Shown here piece by piece: positions 18,253 to 28,185 of a DNA stretch of 64,000 nt. Origin of the DNA: Nitrospirae bacterium JdFR-85 (GTDB lineage Bacteria > Nitrospirota > Thermodesulfovibrionia > Thermodesulfovibrionales > JdFR-85); NCBI GenBank assembly GCA_002011745.1, contig MTOU01000013.1, forward strand, positions 128,279 through 192,278, written 5' to 3'. A program made the translations under genes and the position numbers. Position 1 is the stretch's first letter, and every line of letters starts with the position of its first letter. The notes beneath the pieces were generated by a model. The model was not told the DNA's origin and searched no databases. It saw only the letters and a list, made by a program, of their open reading frames with translations.

Positions 18253-18704
18253 GATATCTTAAGCAGATCTCATTATGGTGTTTAATTTTGCTAAGCACAG
18301 CCGTGGTACAGGCCCTTGTGGGGCTCCCTGTGCTTAATATCTCACTTGTGCCTGTATACTGGCTTGGGGTGAGAAGAGGACCGGTTGAAGGATGCGCCGC
18401 TGGGGTATTCACAGGGCTTGTAGAAGATATTCTCGCAGGAAGAATTCTGGGGCCTTCTCTTCTTGGCAAGGGCCTTGTAGGTATTGTATCCTCATATATA
18501 TCCGATACTCTTTTTGTATGGAGACCTCTACTGGGTATGGCTTTCATATTTCTGATGACACTGGTTGATGAGGCTGTGGTCTATCTCAGTCTAACACTGT
18601 TTGTTAAAAAGCCTGTGCCTTTTGAGAACTTCCTCCTCTTTGCACTGATCAGTGCTATTGTTAATACACCTGCTGGAGCATTTATAAAGACCAAAAATGA
18701 ATAG
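18249..18704 (+). CDS. mreD: rod shape-determining protein MreD
   Basis: 151 aa, polytopic membrane protein. Position between mreC and mrdA, with ATGA overlap. Confidence 0.75.
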   Translation: MRYLKQISLWCLILLSTAVVQALVGLPVLNISLVPVYWLGVRRGPVEGCAAGVFTGLVEDILAGRILGPSLLGKGLVGIVSSYISDTLFVWRPLLGMAFIFLMTLVDEAVVYLSLTLFVKKPVPFENFLLFALISAIVNTPAGAFIKTKNE

Positions 18705-20454
18705 AGAAACACCATTAAGATTACTAACTATCTGTACTGTGGTGATCTTCTCAGTCTTTCTAATAAGGCTGTGGCAACTGCAGATACTGAAAGGTGATCA
18801 ATATCTGGAACAGTCTTTGAGAAATAGAGTCAGGATATTCAGAATATCTGCACCAAGAGGAATCATTTATGACAGAAAGGGGGTTAAACTTGTTAAGAAT
18901 GTACCTTATTATATAGCCTCTATTCTACCTGATGTCTCTGAGGCAGAGATAGACATTGAGGGACTTGCGGAACTGCTCGGTATGTCAGAAGAAGATATCA
19001 GAAAAAAACTAAAAGGTAAGAAGGGACAGAGATTAGAGCCCATAAGGCTAAAGGGAGGTCTTGATTTTGAGGATGTGGCAAGAATTGAGGCAAGAAGGTC
19101 AGACTTCCCGGGTCTTATCATAGAGACAGAGATATCTCGTTATTATAATTTTGGTAAAACAGCAGCCCATGTGGTTGGTTATCTTGGTAAACCTACCAAG
19201 GAACAACTCTCCATGGAGGACTTTAAAAATCTGCCAGAGGACACCATGGTGGGCAGGTGGGGAGCTGAAGCGATGTTTGATAAACAACTAAGGGGTAGAG
19301 CAGGGATGAAATTTGTAGAAGTGGATGCCCTTGGTAGACAATTACGAACACTCAGGATAATTCCTCCAGAAAAAGGTGAGGATCTCTATCTTAGTATCGA
19401 TATCAATACACAGATTGTTGCAGAGAAGGCATTTCAAAGGCGTTCAGGTGCACTGCTGGCTATAGAGCCCTCTTCTGGGGAGGTGATCGCCCTTGTGAGT
19501 CTACCCTCATTTGATCCCAATATGTTTATAAAAGGTATAAAACCCAAACAATGGTTAAAGTTGAAAAGACATCCTGGCCATCCTCTTATAAATAGAGTTT
19601 TCCAAAGCCAGTACCCACCAGGTTCTGTATTCAAACTCATTACAGCAATAGCTGCTATGGAAGAAGGCTTAGTGAATAAAAACTTTAAGGTACACTGTAA
19701 GGGGTTTATAGAGGTTGGTCAGTGGAGATTTCGATGCTGGAAGGACAGGGGCCATGGTATAGTAGATATGAAAAGGGCTATAGTAGAGTCATGCGATGTC
19801 TATTTTTACGAATTAGGCAGAATAACAGGTATCGATAGAATAGCAAAGTATGCATATGCATTCGGGTTTGGAAGACCACCAGGTCTTGGTCTTTCTCCTG
19901 AAAAGAAAGGTCTCATACCAACCACTTCATGGAAATTAAAAACCAAGGGTAGACCATGGTATCTTGGAGAAACCTTTAATGCGGCCATTGGCCAGGGATA
20001 TGTCTCAGTAAGTCCTGCACAGGCTGCACTGCTTATATCTGCCATTGCTAATGGCGGAACTGTTTATAAACTTCAACTATTAAAAAATGCTGAACCTGAG
20101 ATTATATCAAGGCTTGTTATGAGGCCTGAGACTTTAAAGACAATGAAGGATGCACTATATGGAGTCGTTAATCAGAAGGGAGGCACGGGGTTCCGGGCAT
20201 ACTCTGAGCATTTCAGTATTGCTGGCAAAACAGGTACAGCTCAAGTGGTGGCTCTATCTCCCAATGAGAGGAATCTCCCAAGAGACCATGCCTGGTTTGT
20301 AGCATATGCCCCTTCTTCAAAACCAGAGATCGCCCTTTCCGTGTTTGTAGAACATGGTGGCAATGGAGGTGAAGCAGCAGCCCCTATAGCAAAGAGGGTT
20401 ATTGAGGCATATCTTTTAGAAAGGGATACCGATGAAACCAATAAGGGTTCTTAA
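18697..20454 (+). CDS. mrdA: penicillin-binding protein 2 (elongasome transpeptidase)
   Basis: 585 aa. RGIIYDRKG, the active-site box PGSVFK (SxxK) and KTGTAQV (KTG). Confidence 0.92.
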   Translation: MNRETPLRLLTICTVVIFSVFLIRLWQLQILKGDQYLEQSLRNRVRIFRISAPRGIIYDRKGVKLVKNVPYYIASILPDVSEAEIDIEGLAELLGMSEEDIRKKLKGKKGQRLEPIRLKGGLDFEDVARIEARRSDFPGLIIETEISRYYNFGKTAAHVVGYLGKPTKEQLSMEDFKNLPEDTMVGRWGAEAMFDKQLRGRAGMKFVEVDALGRQLRTLRIIPPEKGEDLYLSIDINTQIVAEKAFQRRSGALLAIEPSSGEVIALVSLPSFDPNMFIKGIKPKQWLKLKRHPGHPLINRVFQSQYPPGSVFKLITAIAAMEEGLVNKNFKVHCKGFIEVGQWRFRCWKDRGHGIVDMKRAIVESCDVYFYELGRITGIDRIAKYAYAFGFGRPPGLGLSPEKKGLIPTTSWKLKTKGRPWYLGETFNAAIGQGYVSVSPAQAALLISAIANGGTVYKLQLLKNAEPEIISRLVMRPETLKTMKDALYGVVNQKGGTGFRAYSEHFSIAGKTGTAQVVALSPNERNLPRDHAWFVAYAPSSKPEIALSVFVEHGGNGGEAAAPIAKRVIEAYLLERDTDETNKGS

Positions 20455-21577
20455 AAAACTCAAAGGACTATTACTACTAAAAGACAAATTTGACTGGATG
20501 ATAGTACTTATACCAGTAATCATCACTGTCCTGGGAATCATGACCATCTACAGTGCTACAAGACCTATTATAGGAGTAAAGCATCCAGCCTTTTATATAA
20601 GACAGACCATATGGTTGATTATTGGAATAGTATCTATGGCTGCTGTAAGTCTCTTTGATTACAGAAGGCTTATTAAACTATCCTATTTTATTTATATTTT
20701 TGCTCTCATACTACTGTTACTCACCCTTGTGGTGGGACATGCAGGCATGGGTGCTCAGAGATGGCTACGTATAGGGCCTATAGGATTTCAACCTTCTGAA
20801 TTTTTTAGAATATGCCTGCTTATAGCAATTGCAGGATATTTAAGCAGACAGATCTCCCCTTTAAGGAGCATACCCTTCGTTGTCCTTATAGGGGTGTTTG
20901 GAGTTCTACCCTTTCTGATCCTCTATCTACAACCTGACCTTGGTAGTGCCATCTTGATTCTGAGTATGGTTGTAGCTGTCACCCTTATAAAGGGAATAAA
21001 CAGAAGGCTATTGGTGACCTCAGTAGTGGTGATTATAGTTACTGCACCATTTCTGGGTAATGTTCTGTGGAAAGAGATGAAACAATACCAGAAGAATCGC
21101 CTTGTGGCATTTATAAACCCTAAGGTTGACCCCAAAGGCATCGGATATCAGATCGAACAATCAAAAGTAACAATTGGCTCAGGTAGACTATTTGGTAAAG
21201 GGTATCTGAAAGGCACTCAGGGGCCTCTCAGATTTCTACCTGAAAAACATACAGACTTTGTGTTTGCTGTATTTGCAGAAGAATGGGGGTTTTTTGGTTC
21301 TGTAATTCTTCTTGCACTTTATGCCCTGATTATTCTGAGGGGGTTTGAGACTGCACTGTATGCAAAAGATGATTTCGGGTTTTTACTCGCCACGGGCATA
21401 AGCATAATGTTTTTGATATATCTGAGTGTAAATATAGGAATGGCAATGGGACTTATGCCTGTTGTAGGGGTACCTCTACCCTTCTTCAGTTACGGTGGAA
21501 CTGCGCTGGTCACAAATTTTATCGGGATAGGACTACTCAATAACATAAGAATGCGGAGATACGAACTCTTTTATTGA
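20432..21577 (+). CDS. rodA: SEDS glycosyltransferase RodA
   Basis: 381 aa. IQPSEF, LQPDLGSA, TDFVFAVFAEEWGF and PLPFFSYGGT are FtsW/RodA hallmarks. Confidence 0.92.
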   Translation: MKPIRVLKKLKGLLLLKDKFDWMIVLIPVIITVLGIMTIYSATRPIIGVKHPAFYIRQTIWLIIGIVSMAAVSLFDYRRLIKLSYFIYIFALILLLLTLVVGHAGMGAQRWLRIGPIGFQPSEFFRICLLIAIAGYLSRQISPLRSIPFVVLIGVFGVLPFLILYLQPDLGSAILILSMVVAVTLIKGINRRLLVTSVVVIIVTAPFLGNVLWKEMKQYQKNRLVAFINPKVDPKGIGYQIEQSKVTIGSGRLFGKGYLKGTQGPLRFLPEKHTDFVFAVFAEEWGFFGSVILLALYALIILRGFETALYAKDDFGFLLATGISIMFLIYLSVNIGMAMGLMPVVGVPLPFFSYGGTALVTNFIGIGLLNNIRMRRYELFY

Positions 21578-21679
21578 AATCTTCTAAAATACCCTGATCC
21601 ACCTTTAGAACCCTTTGCAGTAAGTTAAAAGACTGGTATATAATTTAAAAAATATAGAGTGAGGAGGAAAGAACAACTG

Positions 21680-22111
21680 ATGAAAAAAAATTCTGGATTC
21701 ACTCTTATTGAGATACTCGTTGTTGTATTTATCCTGAGTTTGCTTGCTGCAATAGTGGCCCCCAGGATAATTGGTAGAACTGATGAAGCAAAAGTTGCAG
21801 AAGCAAAGGTCCAGATAAGAAACTTTGAGACTGCTCTGAAGTTATTTAAGCTTGACAACGGCTTCTATCCCTCAACAGAACAGGGACTTCAGGCACTTGT
21901 GGAAAAACCTACTACAGGAAGAATACCTAAACGCTGGAGAGAAGGTGGTTATCTTGAACAGAAGAAGATACCTCTTGATCCCTGGGGCAATCCCTATGTG
22001 TATATATCTCCAGGGCTTCATGGTGATTATGATATTATCTGTTATGGAGCTGATGGAAAGGAGGGAGGAGAAGGCTTTGATGCAGACATAACTAACTGGA
22101 ATATAGATTGA
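21680..22111 (+). CDS. gspG: type II secretion major pseudopilin GspG-like
   Basis: Start taken at [15 protein letters not shown] (prepilin leader G|F, Glu+5), with GAGGAGG upstream. Body [31 protein letters not shown]...DPWGNPYVY matches GspG. The track ORF starts 21 nt earlier at a GTG. Confidence 0.8.
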   Translation: MKKNSGFTLIEILVVVFILSLLAAIVAPRIIGRTDEAKVAEAKVQIRNFETALKLFKLDNGFYPSTEQGLQALVEKPTTGRIPKRWREGGYLEQKKIPLDPWGNPYVYISPGLHGDYDIICYGADGKEGGEGFDADITNWNID

Positions 22112-22112
22112 G

Positions 22113-22559
22113 ATGTATAAAAACAGAGGCTTCAGCCTGCTGGAAGTTCTTGTTGTAATTTTTATTATATCCCTTTTTAGTGCTGTGGTATGGCCATGGG
22201 TCTCAAGCACCCTCAAAGAGGGAAGCTCTTCAGAGATTGACCACCTTGCGGCAACCTTGAGATATATAAGAGACTCTTCAGCACAATACAAAAAGTCCTT
22301 TAGAGTAGAGTTCAATTTTAAGGAAAACTCTGTCACATATGAAGTACCTGAAGGCAGAAGGGTTATGAAAACCACCACACTCATCGGTATAAAGATACCT
22401 TCTAAAGGGTTAATTAAAGAAGGTGAGTTGAGTATTGTATTTGGACCAGAAGGGTATCCTGAACCTTTTCTCCTGTACTTCCAGGATACCAGATGCATAA
22501 GTTACAATCCTTTCAGTATGTTAATTGAAGTCAGAGAGAAGGATTCCTGCCATCAATAG
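22113..22559 (+). CDS. minor pseudopilin (GspH/FimT-like)
   Basis: 148 aa. MYKNRGFSLLEVLVVIFIISLF is a prepilin-type N-terminus. Immediately follows the gspG-like gene. Confidence 0.55.
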   Translation: MYKNRGFSLLEVLVVIFIISLFSAVVWPWVSSTLKEGSSSEIDHLAATLRYIRDSSAQYKKSFRVEFNFKENSVTYEVPEGRRVMKTTTLIGIKIPSKGLIKEGELSIVFGPEGYPEPFLLYFQDTRCISYNPFSMLIEVREKDSCHQ

Positions 22560-22653
22560 TAAAGATACTCAACTTCTAATTGAAATCTTCCATCTTAATA
22601 AGTTATTATTTAAGGACTGCTTTGCAGCATAAACCAAGTTTTGAGGACAAGAA

Positions 22654-22725
22654 ATGGCAATAATATACAAACCATCAGAACTATGGCATACAGTGCCTGA
22701 AAGGCCTTTCAACCAAAACAAGTAA
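22654..22725 (+). CDS. 23-codon upstream ORF abutting, and in frame with, the M50 protease gene (coding status uncertain)
   Basis: GAGGA lies 6 nt before ATG 22654. Translation is MAIIYKPSELWHTVPERPFNQNK. TAA 22723-22725 is directly followed by ATG 22726, and the M50 gene has no SD of its own. Confidence 0.3.
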   Translation: MAIIYKPSELWHTVPERPFNQNK

Positions 22726-23352
22726 ATGAGAGACACACTTCTCCTCATAGTACTCTTAACTCCACCTATGCTTCTGGCAGTGACATTGCATGAACTTGCC
22801 CATGGTTTTGTTGCGTACAGACTCGGTGATCCAACTGCAAAAATGGCGGGAAGACTCACCCTTAATCCTATCAAGCATCTCGACCCTATAGGAACTCTCG
22901 TCTTTGTATTTACGAGAATGATTGGATGGGCGAAGCCTGTGCCTGTAAATCCTCTCAATATGAGAGACCCCAAGAGGGATATGATCTGGGTATCTCTTGC
23001 AGGCCCTGCTGCAAATATTCTACTCGCGATTGTCTCTGCAGTCTTCTACCATATTCTTGTCTCCTTACCCATGACAAACCCCTTCATTGTGAATAAAATA
23101 ATGGTACCCTTAGGCATGATGCTCCGTTTGAGTGTAACCATCAATATCGGACTTGCAGTATTTAACCTCCTTCCAATACCTCCTCTTGATGGAAGCAAGA
23201 TTGTGATGGGAGTGTTGCCTTACAGACAGGCTGTTGCATACAGCAGGATTGAGCCGTATGGCTTTTTCATTCTAATCGCCCTTATTTTTCTAAGAGTAAC
23301 AGACTTCCTCATCTTTCCAATCATAATATTTCTCAGAAATCTGCTTATTTAG
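22726..23352 (+). CDS. site-2 protease (peptidase M50) family membrane metalloprotease
   Basis: 208 aa. TLHELAHGFVAYRLGDPTA (HExxH), GRLTLNPIKHLDPIGT, FNLLPIPPLDG. Confidence 0.8.
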   Translation: MRDTLLLIVLLTPPMLLAVTLHELAHGFVAYRLGDPTAKMAGRLTLNPIKHLDPIGTLVFVFTRMIGWAKPVPVNPLNMRDPKRDMIWVSLAGPAANILLAIVSAVFYHILVSLPMTNPFIVNKIMVPLGMMLRLSVTINIGLAVFNLLPIPPLDGSKIVMGVLPYRQAVAYSRIEPYGFFILIALIFLRVTDFLIFPIIIFLRNLLI

Positions 23353-24457
23353 TCCTTCTGGAAACCTTTTTTAAGACTTTACCCATGAGGGGTTCCTTTG
23401 CCTTGATCGCCCCAGATGGACAGACCTCTATACAGCAGTAACACCTGATACACCTATGGTAATCAAAATGGACCTTCCTGTTGTCTGACTCTACTGCTTC
23501 AGCAGGGCAGTACTCCCAGCAATTACCACAGAGACTGCACAGTTCTCTATTCACCTCAGGCCTTTGTGTAAGATGTCTACGCAAGAATCCATGGAACACC
23601 TTGGGACCAAAAACTAATGAATACATTTCAGGAAGTTCAAAATCTTTCACACCTGGAAGCTTCCCATCAATCTCAACATTCCCATCAAGATACCCCAACT
23701 GCCTTGCCACCTTTGTAGTGAAAAGTCTCTCCTCAGGGACCCTTAAGCACCTGCACACTACGGAGTCCAGTGAAAAAGGATCATCTGAGCCCATCAGAAT
23801 TCCGAGATACCGTGGTGTTCCACCTTTACCAGGACCTTGTCCCTGCATTGCTAATATCCCATCAAGTAGTGTAACTGTAGGACTTACCACTCGACAGACC
23901 TCTACAAGTAGCCTTGCAAAGGCCCACCTGTCTATACCTGCACGGAGATGCCATTCAGGTTTTCTCATTCCTACAATACATCCAAAGGTGTTCTTCACTC
24001 CAAGGGTAAGTAACATTTGAGAATGGGTCTTCAATTTTGGAATATTAACAACTGCATCTGCCTCTATAACATCTTTTGCAATCTCTATCATCCCAAAAGG
24101 TTTTCCTGTATCTACCCTCACACTCTCCTTAAACTCCTTAAAAACCACATCAAGTCCTTTAAGGGAGTCTACGAAACCTCCCACCCTCAGGATCCTACTA
24201 AATGATCCAACTGCAGGACTATCAGACACCTGGACTCTACATCCTCTATCAAGCAGGTACTCTACAGTAGCTCTTACCATTAAGGGATGGGTAAGTATCG
24301 CCTTCTCTGGTGATGCAGGTGAGAGAAGATTAGGTTTGACAACCACATACATACCTCTTTTGAAAGAATTCCTTGATAGAGCATCTAATATTTCAAAAAC
24401 TGTTTTCCTGAGGCTGCTATATTCATAATCAGCTTTCCTTATAATCACCCTTGACAT
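23345..24457 (-). CDS. DUF362 domain protein with C-terminal 2x[4Fe-4S] ferredoxin domain
   Basis: 370 aa. VVVKPNLL and KTHSQMLLTLGVKN are typical of DUF362. CSLCGNCWEYCP and CIRCYCCIEVCP are ferredoxin motifs. Confidence 0.75.
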   Translation of the reverse strand: MSRVIIRKADYEYSSLRKTVFEILDALSRNSFKRGMYVVVKPNLLSPASPEKAILTHPLMVRATVEYLLDRGCRVQVSDSPAVGSFSRILRVGGFVDSLKGLDVVFKEFKESVRVDTGKPFGMIEIAKDVIEADAVVNIPKLKTHSQMLLTLGVKNTFGCIVGMRKPEWHLRAGIDRWAFARLLVEVCRVVSPTVTLLDGILAMQGQGPGKGGTPRYLGILMGSDDPFSLDSVVCRCLRVPEERLFTTKVARQLGYLDGNVEIDGKLPGVKDFELPEMYSLVFGPKVFHGFLRRHLTQRPEVNRELCSLCGNCWEYCPAEAVESDNRKVHFDYHRCIRCYCCIEVCPSGAIKAKEPLMGKVLKKVSRRTK

Positions 24458-24477
24458 GATAAAATAATATCAGAGTC

Positions 24478-26283
24478 ATGGACAGAGAGGCAAAAGGGTT
24501 AACAGAGAAGATCAACCATATACCTGAAAAGCCAGGAGTCTATATCTTTAAAGACAAACACGGCAGAGTCTTGTATATCGGGAAGGCAAAGAATCTGAGA
24601 ACAAGACTGAGAAGCTATTTTCAGAGGTCTACAGAGCTCACACCACGGCTTGAAGCCATGCTCAGAAGGGCAGAGGATCTGTCCTTTGTGGTTACTGAGA
24701 ATGAGTTAGAAGCTCTTGCCCTTGAGGCATCACTTATAAAACAGCAGAAGCCAAGGTATAATATCATTCTGAGAGATGACAAGAACTATCCGTACCTCAG
24801 GTTAACTATTAATGAAGAATGGCCAACACTTGAGGTAGTAAGAAGGATAAAAAAAGATGGTGCAAACTACTTTGGTCCATATATACCTGCATCTTCTGTA
24901 TGGGAAACCCTGGCATTTATCAGAAAACATTTCCAGATAAGACCCTGCCGATATCGCCTTGACAGACCCATTAAGCCTTGTATTCAACAGCAGATGGGGC
25001 GTTGTCCAGCTCCTTGTGCTGGAGGGGTCTCAAAAGAGGAGTATATGAAGGCAGTAGAAGAGGTAGAGAGATTCCTCAAGGGACAGAAGAAGGAACTTAT
25101 TGAGGAGTTGGAGACAAAGATGAAGAAACTTTCTGAAGAGCTGAGGTTTGAAGAGGCGGCCAAGGTAAGAGATCGTCTTATGGCGGTAAAGAGGGCATTT
25201 GAGTCTCAGAAGGTTGTCTCTCCTGAAATTGATAATATAGATGTGATCGGCTTCTGGCAGACAGGTATTGATAGTATGTTTGTGGTGCTTTTTATCAGGA
25301 GTGGTATTATTATAGGCACAAAGGACTTTATGCTGAGAGATATCAAACATCTGAGAGAAGAGGAACTCATGGGAGAGTTTATGAAATTCTTCTATGCAAA
25401 GGAGATGGTAATGCCTGAAGAGGTCATCTTGCAGTGCCTTCCTCCTGATAGAGAGACTCTACAACAATGGCTCTCTTTCAAGGCAGAACAGGAAATAAAG
25501 ATAAGAAAGCCTAAGAATCAAAAGGAAAAGGAACTTGTAGAGATGGCAAGAGAAAATGCAAGGGTGCTCCTTTCTACAAAAATAGGAACGCCTCCAAAGG
25601 AGGTCCTCGATAGAATTAAAGACAGACTCAATCTAAGGAGAGTTCCAGAGTCAATAGGTGGGTTTGATGTCTCCACCATATTTGGTAGCTATTCAGTAGG
25701 GGCCTTTGTCTGGTGGGAAAGGGGAGAGTTTGTGAAGGAGAACTATAGACATCTGAAGATAAAGGAGGTAACAGGCATAGATGATTACTCCATGATGGCA
25801 GAGATACTTAAAAGGACCCTTAAGAATCTTGGACATAATCTACCCGACATGATAATGATTGATGGAGGAAAGGGCCATTTAGAGACAGCCATACAGGCCA
25901 TATCTGAAGTAGTGGGTGAGCGTATCACAGATATTGATATTGTCGCAGTCGCAAAGAATCCTGACAGAGTAATTCTACCAGATGGAAGAACAGTGCCTGT
26001 GGATGACTCTTCTGCAGAGTCAGTCCTTCTCAGAAAGATCAGGGATGAGGTCCACAGGTTTGCAATCACCTTTCATAGAAAACTCCGTGCCAAAGAAACC
26101 CTTATTTCGCCTCTTGAAAGAATAAAGGGAATAGGCAAAAAGAGAAGGCTTGAACTTCTGAGAAAATTTGGCTCAATTGAAGCAATAAGAAATGCAACGG
26201 TAGAGGAGATCGCCCAGGTGAGTGGGATGAATAGAACCTTGGCTGAAAGGGTACTACAGGAGCTATCAAAACTGGTAAAATAG
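24478..26283 (+). CDS. uvrC: excinuclease ABC subunit C
   Basis: 601 aa. GIY-YIG N-terminus (PGVYIFKD...VLYIGKAKNLRTRLRSY), a UVR domain, an RNase H-like domain and a C-terminal HhH pair (IKGIGKKRRLELLRKFGS). Confidence 0.97.
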   Translation: MDREAKGLTEKINHIPEKPGVYIFKDKHGRVLYIGKAKNLRTRLRSYFQRSTELTPRLEAMLRRAEDLSFVVTENELEALALEASLIKQQKPRYNIILRDDKNYPYLRLTINEEWPTLEVVRRIKKDGANYFGPYIPASSVWETLAFIRKHFQIRPCRYRLDRPIKPCIQQQMGRCPAPCAGGVSKEEYMKAVEEVERFLKGQKKELIEELETKMKKLSEELRFEEAAKVRDRLMAVKRAFESQKVVSPEIDNIDVIGFWQTGIDSMFVVLFIRSGIIIGTKDFMLRDIKHLREEELMGEFMKFFYAKEMVMPEEVILQCLPPDRETLQQWLSFKAEQEIKIRKPKNQKEKELVEMARENARVLLSTKIGTPPKEVLDRIKDRLNLRRVPESIGGFDVSTIFGSYSVGAFVWWERGEFVKENYRHLKIKEVTGIDDYSMMAEILKRTLKNLGHNLPDMIMIDGGKGHLETAIQAISEVVGERITDIDIVAVAKNPDRVILPDGRTVPVDDSSAESVLLRKIRDEVHRFAITFHRKLRAKETLISPLERIKGIGKKRRLELLRKFGSIEAIRNATVEEIAQVSGMNRTLAERVLQELSKLVK

Positions 26284-26286
26284 GCT

Positions 26287-28185
26287 ATGGCAAGGGTCCT
26301 TATAATTGAAGATGACATATATCAGCACTCCTTGATAGAGAAGGCATTTAAAAAGGCTTCTCCAGAAGAAGAGTTAATATTTACAACAAATGCAGAAGAA
26401 GCACTTAATATCCTACGAGAACAGAATATAGATATTGTATTTGTAGATTATATTCTGGAGGGCATGAATGGTCTGGATTTCATTAAAGAAGCAATTGCAA
26501 GTGGATATGATATCCCAATGATCCTAATGACAGCAAAGGGGAGTGAAGAACTTGTCATAAAGACAATAAAGGCAGGAGCATATGATTATATTATAAAAGA
26601 TGTAGAGTACTTCAAACTTCTTCCCCAGATATGCAGAAAGGCGATCGAGAGTTACAGAATTCTTAAAGAGGCAAAAACCTTCCACAGGATTCTATTGAAT
26701 CTCTCTGATCATCTATTCGAAATAACACGGCTTCTTAAAGAACTCAACAGTTCATTAAATGTTGAGTCCACCACAAATACATTTCTTGAAGGGGCAATAA
26801 AGATATCAGGAGCTACGGGAGGGGTGCTGGCACTCTCAGAAGAAGAGAACTTGATTAGAGTGGTTAAAAGAGGCATTGAGGTGAAAGAAGACAGATTATA
26901 TGAACTTATCAAAACAGAAAACAATTCCTTTGTTATAGAAAACCCTGAAGAAGCAAGGCTCGGCATCCAGATTATTAACATAGAAAAGATGCTATATTAC
27001 CCCTTAAATGTATCTGAAAAGATAAAGGGATGTCTGCTGCTTGCTTTCCAGAGCAAAGAAGAGCCTTCAGATGAGAAAATGATAATACTTGAGCTGTTTA
27101 TTGATGCTGCTATGGCTTCTCTCATGAACAGCTTCCTGTTTGAGAATGTATTGGCCAGCAAAAAGCTCTGGCAACTGACAGTGGATGCTATAAAAGACAT
27201 AATTTTGGTTATCAATCATGAAGGAACTGTTATAAGGTGTAATAGGACATTTGCAGAGCTCTGTGGGTTCTCACCAGAAGAGATTGTGGGGAAGAAGCTC
27301 TATAATCTCGATATTCCTGAACCATATAATCTGTGCCTTAACCTATCAATGAATAAAGAAAAGGACATTCTCACAGAAGAGGTAAATCTTAATGAAAAAA
27401 TCTTTTTATTGAGTATATTTCCTGTGAAACTGGACAATGAAGATGCAAGGATATTCACCTTAAAGGATATAACAGAGATGAGGAGGCTGAGAGAACAGCT
27501 CTACTATTCAGACAAACTCGCCTCTATTGGGAGGCTTGTCTCGGGTGTGGCTCATGAGTTAAACAACCCTCTTACTGGCATAATAGGATATACAGAGTTG
27601 CTCAAAATGAAGGTAAAGGATGAAGATATACTGCATAGTCTTGATAAGATCTATCAGTCTGCAGAAAAATGTAGAAGCATTGTCGAGAATCTTCTTACAT
27701 ACTCGAGACAGAGACCACCTGAGAATACCCTTATATTTATTAATGACCTTATTGATAGTACCATTGAACTTAGAATTTACTGGCTCAGACAGAATGAGGT
27801 AAGAATTATAAGAGATTATGGTGAACTACCACCCATAAAAGGAGACCCTCAACAACTGCAGCAGGTTTTTCTCAACATTCTCATGAATGCGGAATATGCG
27901 GTGAAAGAGGCTGGCAGAATGGAAAAGATTATAGAATTCAAGACCTACTATGACAAAGAGCAGAACAAGATCATTGTAAAGATATCTGACAATGGCACAG
28001 GCATAACTCCAGATGTGCTTCCAAAGATATTTGATCCCTTCTTCACAACAAAGCCTGTAGACAAGGGGACAGGCCTGGGACTTTCTATAACTTACAGCAT
28101 TCTGAAACAACATGGAGCCTCCATATCTGTAGAAAGCACCCCTGGCGAAGGCACCACATTCACAGTAGAGCTACCTGTAACATGA
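26287..28185 (+). CDS. hybrid sensor: receiver - GAF-like - PAS - histidine kinase
   Basis: 632 aa. REC (RVLIIEDD...VFVDYILEGMNG), a PAS-like region, H-box VSGVAHELNNPLT, N box NILMNAEYA, and G boxes DNGTGI and GTGLGLSI. Confidence 0.85.
   Translation: MARVLIIEDDIYQHSLIEKAFKKASPEEELIFTTNAEEALNILREQNIDIVFVDYILEGMNGLDFIKEAIASGYDIPMILMTAKGSEELVIKTIKAGAYDYIIKDVEYFKLLPQICRKAIESYRILKEAKTFHRILLNLSDHLFEITRLLKELNSSLNVESTTNTFLEGAIKISGATGGVLALSEEENLIRVVKRGIEVKEDRLYELIKTENNSFVIENPEEARLGIQIINIEKMLYYPLNVSEKIKGCLLLAFQSKEEPSDEKMIILELFIDAAMASLMNSFLFENVLASKKLWQLTVDAIKDIILVINHEGTVIRCNRTFAELCGFSPEEIVGKKLYNLDIPEPYNLCLNLSMNKEKDILTEEVNLNEKIFLLSIFPVKLDNEDARIFTLKDITEMRRLREQLYYSDKLASIGRLVSGVAHELNNPLTGIIGYTELLKMKVKDEDILHSLDKIYQSAEKCRSIVENLLTYSRQRPPENTLIFINDLIDSTIELRIYWLRQNEVRIIRDYGELPPIKGDPQQLQQVFLNILMNAEYAVKEAGRMEKIIEFKTYYDKEQNKIIVKISDNGTGITPDVLPKIFDPFFTTKPVDKGTGLGLSITYSILKQHGASISVESTPGEGTTFTVELPVT

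Noticed and set aside
21872-22498. 208-aa minus-strand ORF
   Set aside because: It is antisense to the two pseudopilin genes. It has no SD, and the sequence has no recognisable domain.
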